Below are positions 17,448 to 26,291 of a DNA stretch of 32,000 nt, in pieces. Both the position numbers and the translations under genes were made by a program. The stretch comes from an uncultured Clostridia bacterium (GTDB lineage: Bacteria; Bacillota; Clostridia; Christensenellales; Aristaeellaceae): assembly GCA_937907055.1 (NCBI GenBank), contig CALCTW010000107.1:4985-36984 (forward strand), given 5' to 3'. Numbering within the stretch: position 1 is the stretch's first letter; the number at the start of each line of letters is the position of its first letter. The notes beneath the pieces are model-generated. The model saw only the letters and a list, made by a program, of their open reading frames with translations. It made no database searches and was not told where the DNA came from.

Positions 17448-18029
17448 ATGAACGCCTTAAAGAAGCAACAGTTGAAAACGCTGTTCCTTTCCACCTTCCG
17501 CCTCAGCGCCTGCACCTTCGGGGGCGGCTTTGTCATCATTCCGCTCATGAAAAAGCGGTTTGTGGATCAGCTGGGCTGGCTGGAAGAGCAGGAAATGCTG
17601 GATCTGACCGCCATCTCGCAGTCCGCGCCGGGGCCGATCGCCGTCAACGCCTCCATCCTGGTGGGCTATCGCATCGCGGGTGTCCCCGGCGCGCTGCTGT
17701 CCGTCCTCGGGTCGGTCCTGCCGCCGCTCATCATCATTACCGTCATCTCCGAGTTTTACCGCCAGTTCCGTGACGCGCCCATTGTCAATATGGCCATGGC
17801 CGGCATGCTGTGCGGTGTCGTCGCCGTGATCCTGGATGTGGTCATCAACATGATCCGCGCGCTGTTTAAGCAAAAACGTGTGCTCCCCTTCTTTGTACTG
17901 GTCTTCTCATTCATTGCCGCAAGGTATCTGAATATCAATATCATTCTCATCATCCTCATCTGCGGGTGCATCGGCGCGGCGGATGTTCTGCTCCGGCACG
18001 GACAGAAAAAGGAGGCAGATAAGCCATGA
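17448..18029 (+). CDS. Chromate transporter family protein (short-chain CHR, first half)
   Basis: MNALKKQQLKTLFLSTFRLSACTFGGGFVIIPLM.. is typical of ChrA/YwrB-like half proteins. RBS AAGGAG. The stop overlaps the next start (ATGA). Confidence 0.8.
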   Translation: MNALKKQQLKTLFLSTFRLSACTFGGGFVIIPLMKKRFVDQLGWLEEQEMLDLTAISQSAPGPIAVNASILVGYRIAGVPGALLSVLGSVLPPLIIITVISEFYRQFRDAPIVNMAMAGMLCGVVAVILDVVINMIRALFKQKRVLPFFVLVFSFIAARYLNINIILIILICGCIGAADVLLRHGQKKEADKP

Positions 18030-19228
18030 TCTATCTTGAGCTTCTCTGGTCCTTCCTGCAGATCGGTCTGTTCAGCATCGGCGGCGGCTACGCGGCCATG
18101 CCGCTCATCCAGACACAGGTCGTGGATCTGCATCCGTGGCTCACGATGTCGCAGTTTGCCGATATCATGACTGTCGCGGAAATGACCCCCGGTCCGATCG
18201 CCATCAATGCCGCCACCTTCGTGGGCATCCGCGTCGGGGGGATTCCGGGCGCGCTCATCGCCACCATCGGCTGTGTCATTCCCTCCTGCCTCATCGTCAT
18301 GCTGCTGGCCTTCATCTACTACCGGTTCCGCGGCCTTACGGTCGTCCGCGGCATACTGGCCGGGCTTCGTCCGGCTGTGATCGCCATGATCGCCTCCGCC
18401 GGCATCAGCCTGCTCATCACAGCGGTATGGGGACAGCGCTCACTGCCAAGCGATCTCACTTCCGCAGATCTGATCGCGGTCGGCATCTTCATCATCGCAT
18501 TTCTCCTGCTGCGCCTCCGCAAAACCAGCCCCATCGCTGTTATCTTCTTTTCCGGCCTGCTCGGTATCCTCTGCTATTCCGTCAGCCTGTATCCCGATGT
18601 GATTTTCCGTCCCGATCTTTTCCTGAAAGAAGACGATCATCTGCTCTTCACGATCCTTGCCCTTGTCATTCTGCTGCTGTTCTACGGCTGCTATTTCATA
18701 AAAATGTTCCTGCAGCGCAGACAGGGGGTCAGGACCGATCACCTCGGAAAAGGCAAGAAGGGCACGGAGCAGGTGATCGAGATCCTGCTCAAGATCACCT
18801 CTTATCTCCTGCCCGCGGCGGAGATCCTTTCCGTCATCCTGCATACCTCCATGCTCACCTTCCCCTTCCGTGCCGCGGGCGCGGCGCTGGGCGGCGCGGG
18901 TGCCGTGATCTTTATCATTTCTGTCTATACCATGAAGGATAACTGGCGCGCGGGCGTCAGTCCGGAGGAAAAAACCGATCTGGTCACCGGCGGCATCTTC
19001 CGCTTCAGCCGCAATCCCGCTTTCCTCGGTTTTGATCTGGTCTATATCGGCATCATGCTCCTGTTCAGCAACATACCCCTCATCATTCTCACACTCTTCA
19101 CCATTGTCATCTTCCATCTTCAGATCGTGAAGGTGGAGGAGCCCTTCCTTGAGAAGGCCTTCGGCGAACGTTATCAGGCTTACCGCAAAAAGACAGGGCG
19201 TTATCTGGGCAGAAGTCTTCGCAAGTGA
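18026..19228 (+). CDS. Chromate transporter half (about aa 1-185) fused to an ICMT/PEMT-like membrane methyltransferase domain (about aa 200-400)
   Basis: N-terminus LQIGLFSIGGGYAAMPLIQ..MTPGPIAINAATFVG is CHR family. C-terminus WRAGVSPEEKTDLVTGGIFRFSRNPAFLGFDLVYIG..VKVEEPFLEKAFGERYQAYRKKTGRYL matches the isoprenylcysteine carboxyl methyltransferase-like family signature. Confidence 0.7.
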   Translation: MIYLELLWSFLQIGLFSIGGGYAAMPLIQTQVVDLHPWLTMSQFADIMTVAEMTPGPIAINAATFVGIRVGGIPGALIATIGCVIPSCLIVMLLAFIYYRFRGLTVVRGILAGLRPAVIAMIASAGISLLITAVWGQRSLPSDLTSADLIAVGIFIIAFLLLRLRKTSPIAVIFFSGLLGILCYSVSLYPDVIFRPDLFLKEDDHLLFTILALVILLLFYGCYFIKMFLQRRQGVRTDHLGKGKKGTEQVIEILLKITSYLLPAAEILSVILHTSMLTFPFRAAGAALGGAGAVIFIISVYTMKDNWRAGVSPEEKTDLVTGGIFRFSRNPAFLGFDLVYIGIMLLFSNIPLIILTLFTIVIFHLQIVKVEEPFLEKAFGERYQAYRKKTGRYLGRSLRK

Positions 19229-19281
19229 TCCCATTCTGTCAGAAAAGGCGTTGATCCTTTCTTTCCCCATGATCGCCCGCG

Positions 19282-19323
19282 AATCACAAAAACACACCCC
19301 GAACCGGCCGTTCAGCATTGTTT
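19282..19323. terminator. Bidirectional terminator between convergent genes
   Basis: ACACACCCCGAA (19282-19293) / TTCGGGGTGTGT (19312-19323). Confidence 0.7.
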
Positions 19324-19413
19324 CGGGGTGTGTTGCATTTCAGGAATCTTAAAGAGCCGTTTTGCGTCGTCTCTCCGCGTTCTCTGTAAGCATCGTTTTT
19401 TGTTCTGATATCC

Positions 19414-19884
19414 TTAATCGAATACCAGATAACGGATCATGGTCAGGGCAAAGGCCTGCGCCGTCCGCTGATCCGTAATGGTGATCGGCTGGCTGTTCTC
19501 ATCCGCGCTCAGGATCATCGCGAGGGTTGTGCCCTCGTTCATCCAGGTCTCTACGGTCGGCCAGTTCTGGCAGAGGATCACCATGGCCTTCAGGACGGTC
19601 ATTTCCGGCAGATTATAAAAATCCACAGTCTCCGGCTCATCCGCGTCATTCAGGCCGATCAGGCGGCAGCCGCTGGCGTCTCCGCGCAGGTTGGCGATCA
19701 GCACCACCATATTGGGGTAAGCCTTTACGCCTTCGCCGCTTTTGATCGTCACCGCGTCCGTGCCCAGTACACTGTCCTGCGTCAGATAGCCCAGCAGATT
19801 CATATAGCCGTCCTCCGCCGCGCAGGGAAGCGCCGCGGCCAGGAGCAGAATCACACACAAAGTCAACGCAAAAAATCGTTTCAT
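19414..19884 (-). CDS. Small secreted hypothetical protein (156 aa)
   Basis: Signal peptide MKRFFALTLCVILLLAAALPCAA. RBS GAGGAA. It starts 33 nt after the stop of the upstream deacetylase gene. Stop is TAA. Confidence 0.6.
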   Translation of the reverse strand: MKRFFALTLCVILLLAAALPCAAEDGYMNLLGYLTQDSVLGTDAVTIKSGEGVKAYPNMVVLIANLRGDASGCRLIGLNDADEPETVDFYNLPEMTVLKAMVILCQNWPTVETWMNEGTTLAMILSADENSQPITITDQRTAQAFALTMIRYLVFD

Positions 19885-19917
19885 GCTTGTTTCCTCATCC
19901 GTTCATCCGAACCGGGA

Positions 19918-21129
19918 TCAGTCGATATGCTCAAAAAAGTCATTCTTCGCTTCATCCGCGCCGACAGCGGTATACACCAGGCCGAAACGGTAGCAGCTGT
20001 AATCGCTCTCCCGCGGCTCTACCACAAACACCTCAAACACGCCCTGCGCGTTCTTCTGGCCGGCGTTCTGCTGGCTGATGTGATGGGTATACGCTTCCGC
20101 GGCCACCTCATAGCCGGTCTTTCCGCCGAAGGCCTGAAGGGGCTGATCCCAATCCATCTCGATGGGAGCCTCCGCGTACAGATGGCTGTACAGCTTCTTC
20201 ACCTGCCATGTACCGTATTCCGACACGGACTCGGTATACTTTTCCGGGTCCGCCGCGTATTCCACACAGCGCTTGAGCGCGTCCAGGCAGGCACGATGCG
20301 CGCCGTGGCCGTACTCGCCGTTCTGATCGTGGGTCAGCACCACATCCGGCTGATAGCGGCGAAGCAGCGCGGTGACATACTTCCATGTCGTTGTTTTGCC
20401 CCAGGCCTCATACGCCGTATCCAGCTTCTTGGAATACTTATCCCACATATCGCCGATATTGGGATACAACGTGACACCGCAGGCCCACAGGCCGTCCAGC
20501 AGCTCGCTGCGGCGTTCAAAGGTGTTGCAGGTCATATAACAGACCAGCACGTCCTTCCCCTGCTCCCCCGCGTAGGTGGGCAGCGCGCCGCCGAAGAACA
20601 GCAGCTCGTCATCCGGATGCGCGGCCAGCAGCAGCAGATCCACCTTCTCCGGCGCGTCCTGCCAGCGCTGCACCCAGGAGGGCACTTCTCCCTCGCCGAA
20701 CACATAGATCTCATTGACGGACAGCGTGGCGCTCTTCTTGCTGGTGCCGCACACGCGCACAGCCTCATAGCCGCGATCCAGCTCGATGAACTCATGCGCG
20801 TAGCGGGCGCTGTATTCGCCATACAGCTGCCAGTTCCCGTTCACACGCACCTTCAGCTCCCAGTCCGTCAGCTTATCCCAGAAGCACACATACACCCCAT
20901 GGATCTGTTCACCGCCTTTGGTGTCCAGTTCGATGTAGGTATTCTTGGCTTTGTCAGAGACCCAGTACGTCTTGTACTGACGGTCATACACACGGGTGAT
21001 CTTATATTTTCCGGCAGAGGAGCTGACCTTGCAGTCCGCTGTCAGATCCGCCGCTTCCTGCGCGAGCCCCAAAGCCGGCAGAAGCAGCAGCACCATCGCG
21101 GCCAGTGCCGCAGTGATCCATTTTTTCAT
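19918..21129 (-). CDS. Secreted PIG-L/LmbE-family deacetylase with N-terminal discoidin-like (F5/8 type C-like) domain
   Basis: Signal peptide MKKWITAALAAMVLLLLPALGLA. PIG-L motif is LLLAAHPDDELLFFGG, with a later HDQNGEYGHGAH. I trimmed the start from ORF-track 21297 to ATG 21129. Confidence 0.7.
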   Translation of the reverse strand: MKKWITAALAAMVLLLLPALGLAQEAADLTADCKVSSSAGKYKITRVYDRQYKTYWVSDKAKNTYIELDTKGGEQIHGVYVCFWDKLTDWELKVRVNGNWQLYGEYSARYAHEFIELDRGYEAVRVCGTSKKSATLSVNEIYVFGEGEVPSWVQRWQDAPEKVDLLLLAAHPDDELLFFGGALPTYAGEQGKDVLVCYMTCNTFERRSELLDGLWACGVTLYPNIGDMWDKYSKKLDTAYEAWGKTTTWKYVTALLRRYQPDVVLTHDQNGEYGHGAHRACLDALKRCVEYAADPEKYTESVSEYGTWQVKKLYSHLYAEAPIEMDWDQPLQAFGGKTGYEVAAEAYTHHISQQNAGQKNAQGVFEVFVVEPRESDYSCYRFGLVYTAVGADEAKNDFFEHID

Positions 21130-21142
21130 TACAGTGTCTTTC

Positions 21143-21865
21143 TCAGGCGTTCCTGCCCTGTCCCAGAATGCGCGCGGCAAGCTCCATATAGCCCTCCTGC
21201 ACATCTCCCAGGTCATGACGGTACAAATCCATGTCCAGTGTTTCGCGGGTGACCGCGTCCCAGAAGCGGCAGCTGGCAGGCGTGATCTCATCGGCAACGA
21301 TCAGGCTGCCGTCGGAGGTGAGGCCGAATTCCAGCTTCATATCCACCAGATCCACCTTGGCCTCCTTCAGGAACGCGCGCAGCACTTCATTCACCTTCAG
21401 TGCCAGCTGATGCGCCTGATCCAGCGTTTCCAGATCCACGATGCCCAGACCGGCCAGCTGACTGCGGTTGACCAGCGGATGTTCAAAGTCGCCCTGCTTC
21501 AGGCGGAACTCCACCACGGTGCTCTTCAGCGGCGTGCCCTTCATGATCCCGAAGCGCTCGCACAGATTGCCGGCGGCAAAATTGCGCACAACGATCGTGA
21601 CCGGCAGCACATCCACCTTCCGCACCAGCATATCCACATCGCTGATCTGCTTCAGATAATGCGTGGGGATCCCGTTTTCTTCAAGCAGTTCAAAGAAACG
21701 CGCGCAGATATCATTGTGGATCTTCCCCTTTCCGGGAATGATACCGCGCTTCAGGCCCTCAAACGCCGCTGCCTCATCAATAAAATGCACACAGCAGACG
21801 CCTTCCTGATCAGTCAGATATACCTTCTTGCTCTTGCCGGAAGTCAGCAGTCCTTTAAGCTCCAT
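21143..21865 (-). CDS. purC: Phosphoribosylaminoimidazole-succinocarboxamide (SAICAR) synthase
   Basis: 240 aa with motifs GKSKKVY, IPGKGKIHN, VVRNFAAGN, DMKLEFG and ADEITPASCRFWD. Confidence 0.9.
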   Translation of the reverse strand: MELKGLLTSGKSKKVYLTDQEGVCCVHFIDEAAAFEGLKRGIIPGKGKIHNDICARFFELLEENGIPTHYLKQISDVDMLVRKVDVLPVTIVVRNFAAGNLCERFGIMKGTPLKSTVVEFRLKQGDFEHPLVNRSQLAGLGIVDLETLDQAHQLALKVNEVLRAFLKEAKVDLVDMKLEFGLTSDGSLIVADEITPASCRFWDAVTRETLDMDLYRHDLGDVQEGYMELAARILGQGRNA

Positions 21866-22045
21866 ACTTGACCCCTATCTTGCTCCGTGCGGAAAAGAAG
21901 AAGGGCTTCTTTCCGGTTGACGGTTGATCGATTTTCCGTTTCCGATATGCCGACCCCGGCAGAAGGGAATGTAACAGGATGGTAACCCCTGTCAGCAAAG
22001 CCCTTCTGTCGGGATTGACATAAAAATGCAATAGATACAGATGTT
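21866..22045 (-). promoter_or_regulatory. About 180-nt leader of purC with mutually exclusive pairings (unclassified)
   Basis: On the minus-strand RNA, AGAAGGGCUU (22007-21998) can pair either with CCCUUCUG (21967-21960) or with AAGCCCUUCU (21908-21899). The latter is itself part of a hairpin, CGGAAAGAAG-CCCUU-CUUCUUUUCCG. Confidence 0.35.
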
Positions 22046-22074
22046 AAAAAGCCGCCCATCTTTCAACGGGCGGC
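22046..22074 (-). terminator. Intrinsic terminator after ispH/rpsA
   Basis: On the minus strand, GCCGCCC (22074-22068) / GGGCGGC (22057-22051), followed by TTTTT. Confidence 0.8.
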
Positions 22075-22086
22075 TGAACGACGCGA

Positions 22087-24069
22087 TCAGGCTTCGTCTT
22101 CGCCGGGGATCACCATGTCGGCAACTTCCTCATCGGGAGCGCTCTGATCCGCCAGAGCTTCCTTCACGGAGAGGGTGATGCGCTTGGCTTCGGGATCCAC
22201 AGCCAGCACCTTGACGGTGACCATCTGACCGACAGTCAGAGCATCTTCCACCTTATCCACGTGGGTCAGAGCGCACTGGCTGATGTGGACCAGACCGTCG
22301 ACACCGGGCTCGAGAGCAACAAAGGCGCCGAATTCACGGATGCGGACGACCTTGCGCTCGATGATGCTGCCAACGGGGTACTTTTCTTCGATGTTATCCC
22401 AGGGCTTGGCCTGCAGATCCTTCAGGCTCAGCTGGATGCGCTCACGTTCACGATCCAGACCCTTCACCTTCACCTGCACTTCATCGCCGATCTTCAGCAC
22501 TTCTTCAGGCTTGTTCACGCGGTGCCAGGCCATATCGGTCACGTGGATCAGACCATCCACGCCGCCCAGGTCAACGAAAGCACCGAAGTCCGCGAAGCGG
22601 CGAACGATACCGGTAACAGTAGCGCCTTCCTCCAGCTTCTCCCACGCGGCAGCCTTCTTGGTGGCGTTTTCTTCAGCCACAACGACCTTGCGGGAAGCAA
22701 CGATGCGCTTTTTCTTTTCATCCACTTCGATGATCTTCAGCTTCATGGGCTGACCAACGAACTGGTCGATCTTTTCAACATAGCGCTGGGCCAGCTGAGA
22801 AGCGGGAACGAAGCAGCGGATGCCGCCGTCAACAGTAGCGATCAGGCCGCCCTTGACAGCTTCCTTACCGGTGGCTTCGATGTACTCGCCGGCCTGGTAC
22901 TTGGCCATGAGGTCTTCCCACACCTTCTTGTTGATGATGTTGCGCTGGCTGAGCAGAACGTTGCCTTCGCCGTCATTGACCTTGACGACTTCGACTTCGA
23001 TCGTGTCGCCGAGCTGCACGTCCTTGTCGACCAGATCTTCCTTCTTGATGATGCCATCAGCCTTATAGCCGATGTTGACGCAAACTTCGCTGTCGGTAAC
23101 CTGAACAACAGTGCCGGTCATTGTCTGACCATTGTGGATGCGGACCATGCTCGCTTCGATGTCAGCCATCAGCTGCTCTTCAAAACTGAGTTCCTCCTTA
23201 ACTTCCTGAGCCAGCTTCTCTTCCATGTCTGTCATGTGTGTAAAAACCTCCTTAAGTGACCAATCCGGTGTACTCGCACCGGCGGTTATTCCTAATAAAA
23301 TATTGTGGGTATCGATCAAGCGCGGCGGTATCTCCTCCGCGCGTTCCACCAGAATGGATTTGGGGCAGTTTTTGAGGCAGATGTCATAAAGCTTGCGCGT
23401 ATTGGCGCTCTGCCTGCCACCCACCACGATCATCGCCTGACAGCGCTTTGAAAGCTCCTCGGCTTCCTTCTGCCGCAGCGCCGTCGCGTTGCAGATGGTG
23501 TCCTTCACCGTCAGATCCGGGAAGCGTGCCGTCAGCGTGTCGCGGACAGATGTCCACAGCGCTCTTGAAAAAGTGGTCTGGCACACCAGCAGGGCATTTT
23601 GCATTTCCGGCAGCGCCTCGGCCTCCTCCACGGAGCCGATCCGCCAACACCGTCCCTTGCGGCACCAGCCGGCTGTAGCCACCACCTCGGGATGTCCTTC
23701 ATCCCCCACCAGGATCACGCTGTTCCCCTGCTCCGTATGCGCCCGCACCAGATCGTGCAGATGCTTGACGGAGGGACAGGTGCAATCGATGACACGCAGC
23801 CCGCGCGCGGCAGCCTTTTCATAGGTTTCCGGCGGTTCTCCGTGAGAGCGAAGGATCAGATATCCTGCCTCCGCCTCCTCAACGCTGTTCACCTGCCGTA
23901 TGCCGCGCGAACGCAGTTTTTTCAAGGCCTCATTGTTATGGATGAGCTCCCCCAGCGTACAGATCGGCATGCCTTCCGCCTGCGCGGTGCTGCCTGCTGC
24001 CAGCGCCAGATCCATCGCGCGCCTCACACCGTTGCAGAACCCGGCATGATCCGCAAGAATAACGGGCAT
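22087..24069 (-). CDS. ispH: Bifunctional 4-hydroxy-3-methylbut-2-enyl diphosphate reductase (IspH/LytB) fused to ribosomal protein S1 (four S1 domains)
   Basis: The N-terminus MPVILADHAGFCNGVRRA..LGELIHNN.. is IspH. From about aa 300 there are four repeats of the S1 OB-fold pattern (G.V..V....V.V..G..G.I). The ORF-track start is 24078 (GTG). The ATGs at 24075 and 24069 are also possible. Confidence 0.85.
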   Translation of the reverse strand: MPVILADHAGFCNGVRRAMDLALAAGSTAQAEGMPICTLGELIHNNEALKKLRSRGIRQVNSVEEAEAGYLILRSHGEPPETYEKAAARGLRVIDCTCPSVKHLHDLVRAHTEQGNSVILVGDEGHPEVVATAGWCRKGRCWRIGSVEEAEALPEMQNALLVCQTTFSRALWTSVRDTLTARFPDLTVKDTICNATALRQKEAEELSKRCQAMIVVGGRQSANTRKLYDICLKNCPKSILVERAEEIPPRLIDTHNILLGITAGASTPDWSLKEVFTHMTDMEEKLAQEVKEELSFEEQLMADIEASMVRIHNGQTMTGTVVQVTDSEVCVNIGYKADGIIKKEDLVDKDVQLGDTIEVEVVKVNDGEGNVLLSQRNIINKKVWEDLMAKYQAGEYIEATGKEAVKGGLIATVDGGIRCFVPASQLAQRYVEKIDQFVGQPMKLKIIEVDEKKKRIVASRKVVVAEENATKKAAAWEKLEEGATVTGIVRRFADFGAFVDLGGVDGLIHVTDMAWHRVNKPEEVLKIGDEVQVKVKGLDRERERIQLSLKDLQAKPWDNIEEKYPVGSIIERKVVRIREFGAFVALEPGVDGLVHISQCALTHVDKVEDALTVGQMVTVKVLAVDPEAKRITLSVKEALADQSAPDEEVADMVIPGEDEA

Positions 24070-24103
24070 TCTCATCACATCCTAAACAGGGCAATACTAC
24101 AAC

Positions 24104-24161
24104 ATTCTATATAAACCCTGTAATTCCTGCAATCCGAGAAAAAATTTTTAAAATTTTTTTA
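24104..24161 (-). promoter_or_regulatory. Internal promoter for ispH/rpsA with A/T-rich UP-like tract
   Basis: Minus strand reads TTGCAG (24132-24127), a 17-nt spacer, then TAGAAT (24109-24104). It is preceded by AAAAAAATTTTAAAAATTTTTT (24161-24140), which stands out in a GC-rich genome. Confidence 0.45.
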
Positions 24162-24851
24162 CTTTTTCCTGGCCAGTTCCTTTTCCGCCTGCTCACGCAG
24201 TTCCATAAAGGTGTCGCGGATCCGCTCGGAAAGCTCCTGGATCACCACATTATCCGTTCCCTGCGCCTGCAGATCGGAGATATCCATCTGCTTGCCGTAA
24301 AAAACATGCGTCCGCTTGAAGAAAGCCAGCTTACGGGAGATATACGCGGGCTGCAGCGGCACACCGGAGCGCAGCGCGATGATGGCGGTGCCGCTCATCA
24401 CGTTATCCATCATATGCTCCTGATAGCGGGTGCCCTCCGGGAAAATGCCCAGAATGCCGCCGTCCTTGACCACCTTGATGGTGCGGCGCATCAGATGCAG
24501 ATCGGGCTTTTCACGGTCCACCGGGATCATGCCCACGCGTTCCGTGAAGAATTTGCCGATCTTCGTTTCAGTCAGCTGCTTCTTGCCCACGAAGGTCACC
24601 TGATAGCGGCGCAGCTTATACACGATCGCGATCGGATCGAACGCGTGCTTGTGATTGGCGATCAGGATATACGGCGCTTTTTCATCCCGGATGTTTTCAA
24701 GATGGTGCACCTTTACCGGCATGACGGTATTGAACACGATGTAGGCCAGCACACGCACGGTGCCGTACCAGGGATTATGCCCCATCTTGGCCACGTAAGG
24801 CTTCTTGACTTTTTTCACTGCCTTATCCGGCTTCTTTTCCTCTTCAGGCAT
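24159..24851 (-). CDS. plsC: 1-acyl-sn-glycerol-3-phosphate acyltransferase
   Basis: HX4D motif is NHKHAFD, with FPEGTR downstream. Start ATG 24851 overlaps the cmk stop by 8 nt (ATGCCTGA). Stop is TAA. Confidence 0.8.
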   Translation of the reverse strand: MPEEEKKPDKAVKKVKKPYVAKMGHNPWYGTVRVLAYIVFNTVMPVKVHHLENIRDEKAPYILIANHKHAFDPIAIVYKLRRYQVTFVGKKQLTETKIGKFFTERVGMIPVDREKPDLHLMRRTIKVVKDGGILGIFPEGTRYQEHMMDNVMSGTAIIALRSGVPLQPAYISRKLAFFKRTHVFYGKQMDISDLQAQGTDNVVIQELSERIRDTFMELREQAEKELARKK

Positions 24852-25521
24852 TGCGCTTTTCCTCCACAAGACGGATGATCCTCTCGACAGATTCATCAAA
24901 GGTGTTCTCTGTCGTATCCACCACCACGGCGTCCTCCGCCACGCGGAGCGGATCGGCTTCTCGGTGCATATCCTGCCAGTCGCGGGCGTTGACTTCCTTC
25001 AGGATCTCTTCAAAGGGAATGTCCTCCCCCTTGGCCAGCAGCTGGTCTCTTCTGCGCTGCGCGCGGGCCTCGGCGGAAGCCGTCAGATAGATCTTGATCT
25101 TCGCGTTCGGCAGCACCACGGTGCAGATATCACGGCCGTCGATCAGGATATCCTGCTTGGTCGCGATCAGCTGCTGCTGCGCCACCAGCATCCTGCGCAC
25201 CTCTTTATAGCGGGACACGGTGCTGGCATAACCGCCGATCTCCTGCTCGCGGATCTTCGCGGAGACATCCGCTCCGTTCAGCAGCGTCACCTGTCTGCCG
25301 TCCCGGTAGGCCACATCCACCTCGGCCTTTCCTTCCGCGCACAGGGCGCACACTTTTTCCTCATCCTGCGGATCGATGCCGTTCAGCCGGACCGCGAGGC
25401 CAACCGCGCGGTACATCGCGCCGGTATCCAGATGGATGATATCCAGTTTTCCGGCGACCGCGTCACAGATGGTGGATTTTCCGGCGCCCACAGGGCCGTC
25501 CACCGCAATGGTAAGAGGCAT
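24844..25521 (-). CDS. cmk: Cytidylate kinase
   Basis: 225 aa. N-terminus MPLTIAVDGPVGAGKSTI (P-loop), then HLDTGAMYR and DGRDICTVV. Confidence 0.9.
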   Translation of the reverse strand: MPLTIAVDGPVGAGKSTICDAVAGKLDIIHLDTGAMYRAVGLAVRLNGIDPQDEEKVCALCAEGKAEVDVAYRDGRQVTLLNGADVSAKIREQEIGGYASTVSRYKEVRRMLVAQQQLIATKQDILIDGRDICTVVLPNAKIKIYLTASAEARAQRRRDQLLAKGEDIPFEEILKEVNARDWQDMHREADPLRVAEDAVVVDTTENTFDESVERIIRLVEEKRNA

Positions 25522-25562
25522 GTTCGTTTCCTCCGTCAGTTTTGTTCCGGCCCTGCCGTTGA

Positions 25563-26270
25563 TCAGGCGTCCTTACCCTCAAAGCGGCGGCACAGACAAT
25601 ATTTGCTCACTGCCTGCTGCACGGGTTCCGGGCAGGCAAAGGAGCACAGCTCCGCGATATAGGGCGGAAGCACACGGTTATACTTGATCTCCAGGATCAT
25701 CAGATCCTCATTATCCAGCGGGCTGATGGTCGGCACGGCAGGATTGAAGATATCGATGCTGTTCAGACCGCTGCGCAGCTGCATATCAAAGGTGATACGC
25801 ACCTCCTCCGCCGGATGCACATAGGCCTCGCGCAGATAGTCCACCAGCACCACAGGATGCAGCAGCTTGGTGCGCATCTCCTTGTACACATCGCGCAGCA
25901 GACCGTAGCGGGTGTTCTCCAGCCCGCTCGGATCCCCGGCGATCAGCTGATCCGCCAGGTCACGCGGGATCTTCAGGGAACGCTTGGAGATGAAGCTGCC
26001 GTACTTGGTCTTGCACTCCATGAAGATCTCCTTGGAGGAATAATTATAGATGCGCATACGGTACTTATCACGATCCTGGACACCGTCGATCTTATCATAC
26101 AGCGCGTCATCAAACACCGTATCGAAATAGAGGGAACGGATATGATAGTGTCCCCCGTTGCGCACGGCGTTCGCGTCCAGGTTCAGCACGCCCTTGAGAG
26201 AGCGGGACAGCACCTCATACTGCGTACGGCTGATCAGATATTTGTTTTCATGTCGAAGCGCTAAAGCCAT
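25563..26270 (-). CDS. VTC domain protein (polyphosphate polymerase-like, triphosphate tunnel fold)
   Basis: 235 aa. Strand motifs RHENKYLI, HIRSLYFD, KYRMRIYN, MECKTKYG, RITFD and LEIKYN match bacterial stand-alone VTC-domain proteins as I remember them. RBS AAAGGAG. Confidence 0.7.
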   Translation of the reverse strand: MALALRHENKYLISRTQYEVLSRSLKGVLNLDANAVRNGGHYHIRSLYFDTVFDDALYDKIDGVQDRDKYRMRIYNYSSKEIFMECKTKYGSFISKRSLKIPRDLADQLIAGDPSGLENTRYGLLRDVYKEMRTKLLHPVVLVDYLREAYVHPAEEVRITFDMQLRSGLNSIDIFNPAVPTISPLDNEDLMILEIKYNRVLPPYIAELCSFACPEPVQQAVSKYCLCRRFEGKDA

Positions 26271-26291
26271 CGCTTTGCTCCTTTATCAGGG

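Noticed and set aside
22087-24078. IspH fused to ribosomal protein S1 as a possible novel fusion
   Set aside because: This bifunctional IspH/S1 arrangement downstream of cmk is a known, widespread feature of Clostridia, so it is a taxonomic marker rather than a novelty.
24140-24161. AT-only tract AAAAAATTTTTAAAATTTTTTT as a possible mobile-element end or replication-related site
   Set aside because: It is a single copy with no flanking inverted or direct repeats. It is most simply an UP-like element or spacer upstream of the ispH/rpsA internal promoter.
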